Below are positions 13,317-22,398 of a DNA stretch of 32,000 nt, piece after piece. Location: contig JBOGQX010000052.1 in assembly GCA_050749285.1 (NCBI GenBank), forward strand, positions 11,965 through 43,964, written 5' to 3'. The position numbers were made by a program, and so were the translations under genes. Position 1 is the first letter of the stretch. Each line of letters starts with the position of its first letter. The stretch comes from Nitrosotalea sp. (GTDB lineage Archaea > Thermoproteota > Nitrososphaeria > Nitrososphaerales > Nitrosopumilaceae). The notes below the pieces were generated by a model. It was not told the DNA's origin. It searched no databases and saw only the letters and a program-made list of their open reading frames with translations.

Positions 13317-15398
13317 ATGCGTCTTAGGAAATTTAGAGTTAGAGCTTATCGTTGCATTCATGATTCAGGTGAAATTAAAGTTGGAGACTTGGCTGCGTTT
13401 GTTGGAAGAAATGAGAGCGGTAAGACAACCATACTCGAAGCTCTTACGCTGTTAAATAAAGAAGTGAAAGTATCCGAGTTGGATCTATGTGATGAAATGA
13501 CTGAAGAATTGAAATCAGAGATCAAACTTGTCGAAGGTGATTTTGAACTAAGTGAAAAGGAAACCGCATTAATTCGAGAAAGATTCCTAAATCTACAAGA
13601 CATAAAAGGAATCAAGATTTCGAGAACAAACAAGAATCCCCGTATTCAATACGACTTTGGAGACGTAAAGATAAGTGGGGAGGCAAGTAAAAGACTGAAT
13701 TCTTGGGAGAACTTTGTAGAAAGAATACAGAGTTTTGTAGCATCAATGCCAAATCCTATAAGAATACGCCTTGATACTAAGTTCTTTAGTGCTCCTCCGC
13801 CAAGGACCAGGGACGTTTTTATGAATATGATGGCTGAGTTTAACAATAATGTTTACCTAGTTGCATCACAGGAATCTCAGATAATATCGGAATGGAATAA
13901 GATTTACCAAGACTTGGACTACATTTTCGATAATATGCTTATTGGAACCAACGAAAGATCTGCCTTGGAAAATTTTATTGAGGATAAACTACACCCTCAT
14001 TTTGTTTATTTCTCAGATTACAAGAAGATACTGGGAAATATTGATCTTGAAGAATATGTGAGAGAAACAAGAGGAATTAGGCCTAAAGGGATAGAGTATG
14101 TAGAAGAATTTGACAGAACTGAGACAGTAATGAATTTGTTTTACCTTGCTGACCTTGACGCAAACAAGCTTGAAGAAGCTCAAAACAGCCCTTCTCGATT
14201 AATAAAACTCTTACATAATGCCAGTCGAAAACTAAGTGATAAACTTAATCCTGCGTGGAAAGGAGATCCAATTCACGTAGAACTACGATGGAATCCAGGC
14301 AATATTTTAAGTGTAGTAATATCTGATGTTCACAAAGATGGAACAGTTACCAATACAGGTCTCTTGAATAGAAGAGCAGAGGGATTCAAATGGACCTTTT
14401 CTTTTATAGTAAACTTTGCAGCTGAAACTCAGCGAACAGAACTCAAGGAAGCAATATTATTACTTGATGAACCTGCAAGGAACTTACATCCTGCTCAACA
14501 ACGAGGCATATCGGATCTGTTAAAGGGTCTTGCAGGTTCCAATCAGATACTTTATGCAACTCATTCTCCGTTTATGATATTTGATTACACACCAGGAAAT
14601 CTTTTGGTGGTAGAGCTTGATAAGAGAAAACACCTGAGTCATATTTATTATGATTATTGGAATGCTGACGACCAGACTTTAATTCCAATTCTGTATGGAC
14701 TATCAAGAGGTCTTGTTGAATCCATAGTAGATAGACAAATTGGTTTTAACTCAAGACCTGTAATAATTGTTGAAACAATGTCGGATTGTATGTATCTTAA
14801 TGCATTTGACAAGTTTCTAAAAGATCCAAATCTTTCCATGAATCCTTTGAACATTGTTCCAGCACACAGCAAGAATTCTGTAATGTCTTTAGCCATATTT
14901 TATCGAAATCATGGCTATGATACATTTATTCTACTTGACAACACAGAAGAATCAAAGCAGATTGCCACTCAGCTTCAAGCAAATGGTTTCAAATCGGTAC
15001 AAATGATATTCTTCGAATCAGGAGGACAAACCAAGCAATTTTTGGAAGATTTGATACTAGATGATGACTATTTGTATGCCGTAAACCAGACATACGAAGT
15101 TAAACTAAGAAAGGAAGGCTACAAAGCCCTGAACAAGGAGACAGTATCTTCCAAAGGCAAGAAAAGCATAATTGACAATCTTAATGAGATATGGAAAGAA
15201 AATCAGCATCTTGGATGGGAAAAATTTGAGAGGGAAGAGATTTGCCGTTATATCTGTGAGAAGGTATCCATAGGCGAGACTGACTTTTTAACTGATAAGA
15301 CGAAGGACCAGTTTAGGTCTTTGTACAGATTAATAGCTGAGAGAATCAGACAAAATCAGAATCTTGTCTCACAAACAACCATACCTTATTCTCGATGA
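13317..15398 (+). CDS. OLD-family-like protein: N-terminal ABC/AAA15-type ATPase fused to a C-terminal TOPRIM-like (DUF4435/OLD-type) region. Candidate defence nuclease.
   Basis: Walker A GRNESGKTT (nt 13404-13430). Signature-like RRAEGFKWTFSF. Walker B ILLLDEPARNLHP (D384-E385, nt 14466-14471). YATHSPFM. The C-terminal part has IIVETMSD (E486, nt 14772-14774), FILLDNTEES (D541, nt 14937-14939) and QFLEDLILDDD, which resemble the E / D / (T/N)(L/I)E(D/N)-type TOPRIM motifs of OLD nucleases. Confidence 0.7.
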   Translation: MRLRKFRVRAYRCIHDSGEIKVGDLAAFVGRNESGKTTILEALTLLNKEVKVSELDLCDEMTEELKSEIKLVEGDFELSEKETALIRERFLNLQDIKGIKISRTNKNPRIQYDFGDVKISGEASKRLNSWENFVERIQSFVASMPNPIRIRLDTKFFSAPPPRTRDVFMNMMAEFNNNVYLVASQESQIISEWNKIYQDLDYIFDNMLIGTNERSALENFIEDKLHPHFVYFSDYKKILGNIDLEEYVRETRGIRPKGIEYVEEFDRTETVMNLFYLADLDANKLEEAQNSPSRLIKLLHNASRKLSDKLNPAWKGDPIHVELRWNPGNILSVVISDVHKDGTVTNTGLLNRRAEGFKWTFSFIVNFAAETQRTELKEAILLLDEPARNLHPAQQRGISDLLKGLAGSNQILYATHSPFMIFDYTPGNLLVVELDKRKHLSHIYYDYWNADDQTLIPILYGLSRGLVESIVDRQIGFNSRPVIIVETMSDCMYLNAFDKFLKDPNLSMNPLNIVPAHSKNSVMSLAIFYRNHGYDTFILLDNTEESKQIATQLQANGFKSVQMIFFESGGQTKQFLEDLILDDDYLYAVNQTYEVKLRKEGYKALNKETVSSKGKKSIIDNLNEIWKENQHLGWEKFEREEICRYICEKVSIGETDFLTDKTKDQFRSLYRLIAERIRQNQNLVSQTTIPYSR

Positions 15399-15498
15399 AA
15401 GGTAATGCACTACCTAATGGGATTTGTACTTTACTCATAAATCCTACCTCATGAGAAGCTGTAAAAGAACAACTTATCATTAAGATTTAATTTAGAGA

Positions 15499-17676
15499 TT
15501 GATTTTTCGTAAATTGAGAAACGTGTTATTAAAATCACGGATTTTTTTTGCGTTAACTGTAGGTATCCTACTCTCTAGTTTGGCGAGTCCTTTAGCGCAT
15601 GCTTCAGCAGATAGCGTTTCTGTTACATCAACGAATACAGGGGGCATAACCACATTGCAGATCATTAACAGTCCTTCAAGCACATCGAATATAGTTTCAT
15701 TGACTTTACAAATTAAAAGTGGTTCTTTCTTGTCATTCAAATTGGATAATGGTTGGATGGGCAAAAAGACATCATCAAATACTATTGCATTTTTTTCTTC
15801 AAATCCCATAAGACCTGGAGATTCTACTAGTTTTAATATTAAAACAGACCAGCAGTCTCCTGATCTATTATGGAGTGCGTTTGATGCAAACAATAATGAA
15901 CTTGGTTCAGGCGAAATAGGAGCTCCAGTACAGTCTTCAACAACTCAAACACAAAACCAAAACAACAATCAACAATCTCAGACACAAACTATACCTACAC
16001 AAAGTCCTGGAATTCTAAGTGAATCAAGCTTCAGAATTGTCCCTTCAACTCCAAGTCCTGGATTTGATGTTCGTGTTGTTGGCCAAAGTTTTGCCTCCTC
16101 GACAAATCTTGATTTGTATGTAGGGGATCAAAAGATAGACTCATTCTCGTCTGACAATAATGGAAACTTTGTTGTTACCACAACACTACCGCAATCACTA
16201 CAACTTGGAAATACAATATTTGTCCTAAAAGATCAGGAAGGTAACCAGAAAACGTTTACTACTTCCATAAACCAAGCGCCACCATCCAGAGGAGTCACAC
16301 AAGTTTCTATTCCTCTTTCTCTAAACATGAATCCAGTATATCATAGAGGCGATACCGCACTAATCAATGGTACAACAAATCCCGACAATACAGTGACTAT
16401 TTCAATACTGGACTCGGCAGGTAATAGCATAACAACTTTCACAAGCAAGGCAAACAGCAAAGGCAACTATGTGTTCACACATACGGTTCCAGTAGATGCT
16501 ACTCTTGGAAAATATACTCTTGCGGTTTCGGATGGTAAAAATCAAGTTACTAAAGATTTCAATGTAGTATCGACTCACACGATTTCAATCGCAACATCTC
16601 AACAGAAGTACAATCCAGGAGATGAGGTGATAATAAACGGAACATCAATCTCTAATGAACTTGTGTCAATCACAGTAAATGATCCTTCTGGAAGTCAAGT
16701 CTTTGCAAAAGATGTCAATGTTACATCCAGTGGAATAATATCTGCTAATTTCACCCTAAATTCTGCAGCTATTGAAGGCACTTATGTCATTACTGCATCT
16801 CAAGGAAATGACGCGATTCCACTCTACTTCGGAGTTGGAGTAGATCCTGTTCCAATACTAATTGCTACATTGAATAAATTGAATTATGAAGTAACCGATA
16901 AACCAATTCTTGGTATTTCAGGACCGCCTAGTTCTACACTAAACTTGGTAATAGTAGACCCGTCTGATAAAGAAAAGTTTTCTGATACTATAGCATTGGG
17001 TTCTGATGGTCTTGCAACTTATTCATTTAATTTAACATCCTATACTCCAGGAATCTATTCTGCTGTAGTTACCAGAGGAAATGACAAAGTCGTAAAGAAT
17101 TTTGCTGTAGGACTGCAGATTGGTTCAGGACAAATCATTATCAAGCAAATTAAAGATACCTATTTTCCCGGAGATAACATAATTCTGTTAGGTAAGTCGA
17201 ATCCAAACACGATCATTGAACTCACGTTAACGGATCCAAATGGCGCACCCGTGAAGTCTGAACAGGTATTTACAGACAAGAATGGAATATTTTCTGCCTT
17301 TGATTTTAGAATACCTGTAGATGGATCAATTGGCAATTGGAAACTTGATGCAACAAGCGGTATTAACCATAACAGCATAAACCTAAATGTAGCATCCTCA
17401 TCACAAATGACAGTTCGAGTTGACAAGACTCCTCCCTATTACTCTGTAGGAGATCTTCTCCAAATCTCCGGCAGTGGTGCAGGTAAGGAAGCTGATATAA
17501 CAATCAAGATACTCGGAACAGGAAATTCTGTTATAGATGCAATGAATATCAAATCGACAAATACTGGAGATTATGATACAGATTGGAGCATTCCAAAAGA
17601 CTTGAAGATTGGCACTTATACCATTCAGGTACAAGATGGGGCAAAAAAAATATCCACGACTATAACAGTACAGTAG
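15499..17676 (+). CDS. Secreted or surface protein with a signal peptide, a Q/N/T-rich linker and about six Ig-like beta-sandwich repeats (725 aa).
   Basis: Signal peptide: LLKSRIFFALTVGILLSSLASPLAHASA. Linker: QSSTTQTQNQNNNQQSQTQT (about nt 15930-16000). Recurring ~85-95 aa units follow the pattern PGD.v.i.G......v.i.v.d..G..v....v....G.f...f.ip....G.y.v.a......v...f.V from about nt 16020 to the end. There is no ATG; the start is TTG 15499 or GTG 15523. Confidence 0.75.
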   Translation: MIFRKLRNVLLKSRIFFALTVGILLSSLASPLAHASADSVSVTSTNTGGITTLQIINSPSSTSNIVSLTLQIKSGSFLSFKLDNGWMGKKTSSNTIAFFSSNPIRPGDSTSFNIKTDQQSPDLLWSAFDANNNELGSGEIGAPVQSSTTQTQNQNNNQQSQTQTIPTQSPGILSESSFRIVPSTPSPGFDVRVVGQSFASSTNLDLYVGDQKIDSFSSDNNGNFVVTTTLPQSLQLGNTIFVLKDQEGNQKTFTTSINQAPPSRGVTQVSIPLSLNMNPVYHRGDTALINGTTNPDNTVTISILDSAGNSITTFTSKANSKGNYVFTHTVPVDATLGKYTLAVSDGKNQVTKDFNVVSTHTISIATSQQKYNPGDEVIINGTSISNELVSITVNDPSGSQVFAKDVNVTSSGIISANFTLNSAAIEGTYVITASQGNDAIPLYFGVGVDPVPILIATLNKLNYEVTDKPILGISGPPSSTLNLVIVDPSDKEKFSDTIALGSDGLATYSFNLTSYTPGIYSAVVTRGNDKVVKNFAVGLQIGSGQIIIKQIKDTYFPGDNIILLGKSNPNTIIELTLTDPNGAPVKSEQVFTDKNGIFSAFDFRIPVDGSIGNWKLDATSGINHNSINLNVASSSQMTVRVDKTPPYYSVGDLLQISGSGAGKEADITIKILGTGNSVIDAMNIKSTNTGDYDTDWSIPKDLKIGTYTIQVQDGAKKISTTITVQ

Positions 17677-17712
17677 GAAATATTTTTTATATCCACCATT
17701 TATGAACGAGTC

Positions 17713-18225
17713 ATGAATCTAAAAGAAAAGATTGCGGAGATACCTGATTTCCCAAAAAAAGGCATTTTATTTAGAGATATTAGTCCTCTGTTAAGAGATC
17801 CCTCTTCACTTTCACTTGTTGTAGATGAATTTGCAAGGCTTATCCATCCAAAAGATGTTGATCTCTTTGCAGGTATAGAATCGAGGGGATTTCCATTAGC
17901 ATGTGCGTTGGCTCTAAAATACAATAAGGGAATGATAATGATAAGAAAACAAGGCAAGTTACCAGGTGCTACACATAAGATAACATACAACATAGAATAT
18001 GGCACATCAACCATGGAAATTCAAAATGATGCTATTAAGAAAGGTGAAAGGATTTTCATATGTGATGACCTGCTTGCAACTGGAGGTACTGCAAAGGCTG
18101 CAGCTAAATTGGTTGAGAAAATTGGTGGAGTTGTAGCAGGTTTTGCCTTCATTATTGAATTAACAGATCTTAAAGGTGCTAAAGAAATCAAGAACTATAG
18201 ATACGAGTCATTGGTGAGATATTGA
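17713..18225 (+). CDS. apt: Adenine phosphoribosyltransferase.
   Basis: [18 protein letters not shown] and the PRPP-binding loop [14 protein letters not shown]. Confidence 0.9.
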   Translation: MNLKEKIAEIPDFPKKGILFRDISPLLRDPSSLSLVVDEFARLIHPKDVDLFAGIESRGFPLACALALKYNKGMIMIRKQGKLPGATHKITYNIEYGTSTMEIQNDAIKKGERIFICDDLLATGGTAKAAAKLVEKIGGVVAGFAFIIELTDLKGAKEIKNYRYESLVRY

Positions 18226-19016
18226 CCGAACAGGCAGAGATTGGAATTTTTGGAGGAACTGGAATTTATGACCCTGGTTTGCTAAGCGAGAGTAAAGAGA
18301 TAACAATTGAGACACCATTTGGTAAAACCTCCGATTCAATAACGGTCGGAATATACAAAGGTAGAAAAGTTGCATTTATGCCAAGACATGGAAAGAAGCA
18401 CACCATCCCCCCACATTTGATAAACTTCAGAGCTAACATTTGGGCATTCAAAGAGATGGGGATTAAACGAATCATAGCACCCTCTGCAGTAGGTAGTCTC
18501 AAAGAGAACCTTAAGCCAGGAGATTTTGTCATTCCCTCTCAGTTTATTGATTTCACCAAGTCAAGAAAGTACACCTTGTTTGAACAAGGTAAAGTAATTC
18601 ACATATCGGTAGCTGATCCTTTTTGTACTGAACTACAAAATGCAGTATATGATTCAGCAAAAAAGATCAATTTACATCTTCATCGAGATGCTACTTATGT
18701 TTGCATTGAAGGTCCACGATTTTCAACTAGGGCAGAATCTAAGTTTTATAAAGATGTCATTGGTGCTGACATTATAGGTATGACACTAGTTCCAGAGTGT
18801 CAGCTTGCTAGAGAAGCTCAGATGTGTTATGTGTCTATTTCAACTGTGACAGATTATGATGTTTGGTCAACAAAACCCGTAACTGCAAAAGAAGTTTTAG
18901 AAACATTATCAAAAAATGTTCAAATAACCAAAAATATGCTAAGCACCCTCTTTGATTTTATTCCTGAAAAACGAGATTGTTCTTGTGCTAAAGCGCTGGA
19001 AGAAGCTGAATTTTAG
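18222..19016 (+). CDS. mtnP: S-methyl-5'-thioadenosine phosphorylase.
   Basis: [48 protein letters not shown]. The TTG start overlaps the apt stop by 4 nt. Confidence 0.9.
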   Translation: MTEQAEIGIFGGTGIYDPGLLSESKEITIETPFGKTSDSITVGIYKGRKVAFMPRHGKKHTIPPHLINFRANIWAFKEMGIKRIIAPSAVGSLKENLKPGDFVIPSQFIDFTKSRKYTLFEQGKVIHISVADPFCTELQNAVYDSAKKINLHLHRDATYVCIEGPRFSTRAESKFYKDVIGADIIGMTLVPECQLAREAQMCYVSISTVTDYDVWSTKPVTAKEVLETLSKNVQITKNMLSTLFDFIPEKRDCSCAKALEEAEF

Positions 19017-19315
19017 CTATCTGCAAAAGATTCTTTTTTAATTCCTTCAGGAAGAGAAATATCCCCATGTACAAGCTTTTGTTGTAATTCGTCAATTACT
19101 TCATCAATATCATAGCCTAACTTTACTAATTCCTTTTGAACCGACTTTGGAATCTTGGCACCGATGTTATGACCTCCTATCCTTCCAAAAGCAATCGCAT
19201 TAAACTTGAAGGAATGAGTGTCAAGCACAAATGTGCCTGTTATTTTGGCAGCAATTTGGCTCCCACGCACATCTTTAATATGAACTTGGAGATTCATGCA
19301 AATCTTAAATTTCAA
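19013..19315 (-). CDS. Hypothetical protein (100 aa, or 94 aa from the Met at 19297); last gene of a three-gene operon.
   Basis: ORF overlapping the upstream gene by 11 nt. No family was recognised. Confidence 0.5.
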   Translation of the reverse strand: MKFKICMNLQVHIKDVRGSQIAAKITGTFVLDTHSFKFNAIAFGRIGGHNIGAKIPKSVQKELVKLGYDIDEVIDELQQKLVHGDISLPEGIKKESFADS

Positions 19316-19748
19316 TAGCTTTGTTAACAGAGTTTTCTATTAAGAAATTCCAATGTTTGTCATCTTGAATTTTAAAATCTTTTACTTTTAGCGTGATTAG
19401 CTTCTCATCAAAACATTCATGCTGAATCTCACCGTCCTTTTTAATTTTAACAAGCTTCCACTTTTCTTTATGTTTTTTTAGGTTACACAATAAAACAGAC
19501 CATTTCTGATCTAAGGAAATTTTAGGCATTCCAACATAATCTACTATACTTTCAATTCCTAGTTGTTTTTCTTCGCAAAAGAGTTTTTTACACCTTACAC
19601 AACGCCATGTATCCACTGAACCTATAGTTCTTTTTTCATAATTTAGATTAGTAACTCCAAAGTAAACAATTTCATGTTTACAAGAATCTTGATCAATAGA
19701 CATTATTTCTCCTCCATATGTGGGATTATTTAGTTCTTGCATCATCAT
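19305..19748 (-). CDS. Hypothetical protein with a zinc-ribbon-like motif (147 aa).
   Basis: SCKHE...WRCVRCKKLFC supplies CxH plus CxxC ligands. The C-terminal half is Lys-rich with alternating polar and hydrophobic residues. It overlaps both neighbours. An internal Met at nt 19703 is an alternative start. Confidence 0.55.
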   Translation of the reverse strand: MMMQELNNPTYGGEIMSIDQDSCKHEIVYFGVTNLNYEKRTIGSVDTWRCVRCKKLFCEEKQLGIESIVDYVGMPKISLDQKWSVLLCNLKKHKEKWKLVKIKKDGEIQHECFDEKLITLKVKDFKIQDDKHWNFLIENSVNKAIEI

Positions 19749-20109
19749 ATGGTTTTTCTAAAATAATTGATATGTTATCGACCAAAAGATTCTTCTTAAA
19801 TGGAATATTTTCTCTCAAACACATTCTTCGATACATGTTTACTACGGCAAAACGTGGATGTGTTGATTCAAACTCTGTTTTTGTTATATCGATAAAACCT
19901 CCAAACTCAACAAGGCTTTTTGCTACATCAAGGGCCTCTGATTCAGATATCCCAAGATGTTGAGCAATATTTTTTGCAGACATTCTACCTTGGTTTATTA
20001 CTAGCACGAAAACTTTTGCCTGTAAAGGAGATAACTTAAGTTCTGAAACAAGTTTTTCCTCAATGGTGTCGATGTTTACGCTCATGAAGATTGAAACAAA
20101 TTTTGTCAT
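19726..20109 (-). CDS. Winged-helix (TrmB/MarR-like) transcriptional regulator.
   Basis: LSPLQAKVFVLVINQGRMSAKNIAQHLGISESEALDVAKSLVEFGGF is a typical TrmB-type HTH segment. Confidence 0.6.
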   Translation of the reverse strand: MTKFVSIFMSVNIDTIEEKLVSELKLSPLQAKVFVLVINQGRMSAKNIAQHLGISESEALDVAKSLVEFGGFIDITKTEFESTHPRFAVVNMYRRMCLRENIPFKKNLLVDNISIILEKPYDDARTK

Positions 20110-20156
20110 AATTAAAGGTGCATGAATACATAGCTGAAATTAAATAGTGAAAGAGA

Positions 20157-20738
20157 TTGAGTTTTATCATGAAATTAGTTATTGGAATAACTGGTAGTTC
20201 AGGAATTCTCTACGGAATCAGAATGTTAGAGGCACTAAAACGCTATAAAATTGATGCTCATCTCATTATGAGTGAATGGGCAACAAAGTGCCTCAAATTG
20301 GAAACTGATTATGATTTAAAATATGTCAGATCATTGACAAAAAACTATTTTGAAGATTCTAACATGGCAGCAAGTGTTTCGAGTGGTACATTCAAGACTG
20401 ACGGCATGATTGTAATTCCTTGCAGCATGAAGACCTTATCTAGTATAGCTAATGGTTATGAAGAAACCCTTGTTGCACGTGCAGCTGGTGTAACCATGAA
20501 GGAATCGCGCAAGCTAGTCATCGTACCAAGAGAAACACCATTGACGAGCATACATTTAGAGAATATGTTAAAGCTAGCACGAATAGGAGTAGTCATTTTA
20601 CCTGCAATGCCAGGATTCTACAACAAACCAAAGAGTGTAGATGAGTTGTTAAATCACATAGTTGGAAAATGTCTTGACCAATTCGATATTAACCACGACT
20701 TGTTCAAGAGATGGGGAACACCTAAACCTCATCGTTAG
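20157..20738 (+). CDS. ubiX: Flavin prenyltransferase UbiX.
   Basis: KLVIGITGSSGILYGIRMLEAL, MIVIPCSMKTLSSIANG, RKLVIVPRETPL. The likely start is the Met at 20169. Confidence 0.9.
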   Translation: MSFIMKLVIGITGSSGILYGIRMLEALKRYKIDAHLIMSEWATKCLKLETDYDLKYVRSLTKNYFEDSNMAASVSSGTFKTDGMIVIPCSMKTLSSIANGYEETLVARAAGVTMKESRKLVIVPRETPLTSIHLENMLKLARIGVVILPAMPGFYNKPKSVDELLNHIVGKCLDQFDINHDLFKRWGTPKPHR

Positions 20739-20820
20739 TTCAGAACATGAGAAGATAAATTCAATGTTAAATGGATGCCAAATTTGCAAATTCTAAGAGT
20801 GTTTATATTTGGATATATGA

Positions 20821-21309
20821 TTGAACATACAGAATACATTGACTAGCTACAAAAGCAGATATTCTAACGATAAATCGTTTGATTTCATAATTCCGTTAAT
20901 GGTTTTGTTATTCTTGGGAGTTGTTTACATACTATCATTGAGATCAGACGCAGGATATGTCAGCTTTATTCTAATCGGAGTAACCGCTGCAATCATGATT
21001 TATTGGGTAAGAGTCCTCAAAAAGATGACAAAAGATAGTCAACCTCAATATACTCCAAAAGAATCTGAAACAAAGAACTGGGTTTATGATCTAATAAAAG
21101 GTGAAAATGAGATAGTATTCGTAGCCGAAGTTCCCGGTCCCGAGGATCAGGTAACTGTAAGATTAATCGATGGAATTCTCTATGTACGAGGATCAAGTCA
21201 TTTTTCAAAAGAAGTGCCCATTGAAGCTACTCCTGATATGGGAATTCATGATTTCAAGTACAGGAATGGAGTACTTACCCTCAGAATAAAGAAATTAGAA
21301 GCTCTTTGA
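20821..21309 (+). CDS. Hsp20/alpha-crystallin family small heat-shock protein with an N-terminal hydrophobic extension.
   Basis: The C-terminal ACD is DLIKGENEIVFVAEVPGPEDQVTVRLIDGILYVRGS...YRNGVLTLRIKK. Upstream are two hydrophobic segments, FIIPLMVLLFLGVVYILSL and YVSFILIGVTAAIMIYWV. The start is uncertain: TTG 20821, TTG 20839 or ATG 20899. Confidence 0.8.
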   Translation: MNIQNTLTSYKSRYSNDKSFDFIIPLMVLLFLGVVYILSLRSDAGYVSFILIGVTAAIMIYWVRVLKKMTKDSQPQYTPKESETKNWVYDLIKGENEIVFVAEVPGPEDQVTVRLIDGILYVRGSSHFSKEVPIEATPDMGIHDFKYRNGVLTLRIKKLEAL

Positions 21310-22398
21310 CTCTTCCAGTTTTTCTGGAAGATACTTATCAGTGATGTTGGTGAGACCATACTTTGAGAATGCTTCAAGTTCTGCTTTTCTTTTTAGTTTC
21401 AGAAAGACTTCCAATTGTTTTTTCCAGTTGCCTTCCTGATATCTTGGATCCTTTTGCAAATCGAAAATTCTTTTGATATCAGCTTCGGTCATTGGAATAG
21501 TGGGAAGTTTATATTTTTCAATATCTGTTGCCCACACTCCAAGCCATTTGGCATCAGGAACAGTGAGCTCACGAAGATGGGCAGCGTTAGCAGAACCAGA
21601 CTTGATAACCATAGCAATGTGTTCACCATATACATCTCCATCAGCCAAAATGACTACCGGAAGGCTCAACTCGGAATTGAGTCTTCGCAGTAAATTCCTC
21701 GTTGAACGTGGTGCTTGACCTGCAGTATCTACAATAATGGATTTGAATTTTTTGTGTACTTTTTCCTCTACAAATCTTGTAAAAAGACCTCCTTTTTCAA
21801 TCGCAATAACAAGTTCTGCACTAGTATCTACCAACTCTGCACTACTAAGACTAGGACCTATCAGATAGCCATCGGGATGATCTGAGAGATTAACCCTTTT
21901 TCCTTCATATCCAGGTACAGTATATTCTATTGTAAGATCCCCAAAGACACTACTTCGCTCCTCAGGAAATATGTGAAATTCCTCGCGAGGACTTGTAAGG
22001 ACAGCCTCAAGATCAACTATGATGTTATCAGATTCTGGCTGGTCTTCAAAATCAATACTAAATGCCTGCGATGAATAATAGATATCTCGTAGCGTTGATG
22101 ATTTACCTTCTCTTACAAGTCTATTTACAAAAAAAGCAAGCCATGCAAGTTGTGTATATGAACGAAGTTGTGACATGTTTCTAGAACTTCGAACAGCACT
22201 TGCGTTACCCAGTACATATTGTCTGAGCTTTTTGTCGTAGACTATATTATTTACAGATCTGCTCGGTATTACAAATTGAGGAAATTTTCCATGATCAAGG
22301 TCTTCGTATATGTTAACACCATGTTTTTGTAATAATGAAAGAAGTCGTTGCTTTCTAGCCTCTGCTGTTCTAGTTCTAGATTTGTTCTTCAATCTCAC
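21295..22398 (-). CDS. top6A: DNA topoisomerase VI subunit A (Spo11-like).
   Basis: WH domain with the catalytic-Tyr context (LRDIYYSS). The TOPRIM part is VIAIEKGGLF and VVILADGDVYGEHI. It overlaps top6B by 23 nt. Confidence 0.95.
   Translation of the reverse strand: MRLKNKSRTRTAEARKQRLLSLLQKHGVNIYEDLDHGKFPQFVIPSRSVNNIVYDKKLRQYVLGNASAVRSSRNMSQLRSYTQLAWLAFFVNRLVREGKSSTLRDIYYSSQAFSIDFEDQPESDNIIVDLEAVLTSPREEFHIFPEERSSVFGDLTIEYTVPGYEGKRVNLSDHPDGYLIGPSLSSAELVDTSAELVIAIEKGGLFTRFVEEKVHKKFKSIIVDTAGQAPRSTRNLLRRLNSELSLPVVILADGDVYGEHIAMVIKSGSANAAHLRELTVPDAKWLGVWATDIEKYKLPTIPMTEADIKRIFDLQKDPRYQEGNWKKQLEVFLKLKRKAELEAFSKYGLTNITDKYLPEKLEESKSF

Noticed and set aside
10066-15893. ORFs 10066..10305, 10282..10704, 10986..11252, 12376..12702, 12970..13188, 13358..13633, 13646..13846, 14654..14896 and 15492..15893.
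   Set aside because: They are antisense or off-frame shadows of rnhB, trm1, the K/E-rich gene (whose antisense gives an S/F-rich peptide), the 159-aa surface protein, the OLD-like gene and the Ig-repeat gene.
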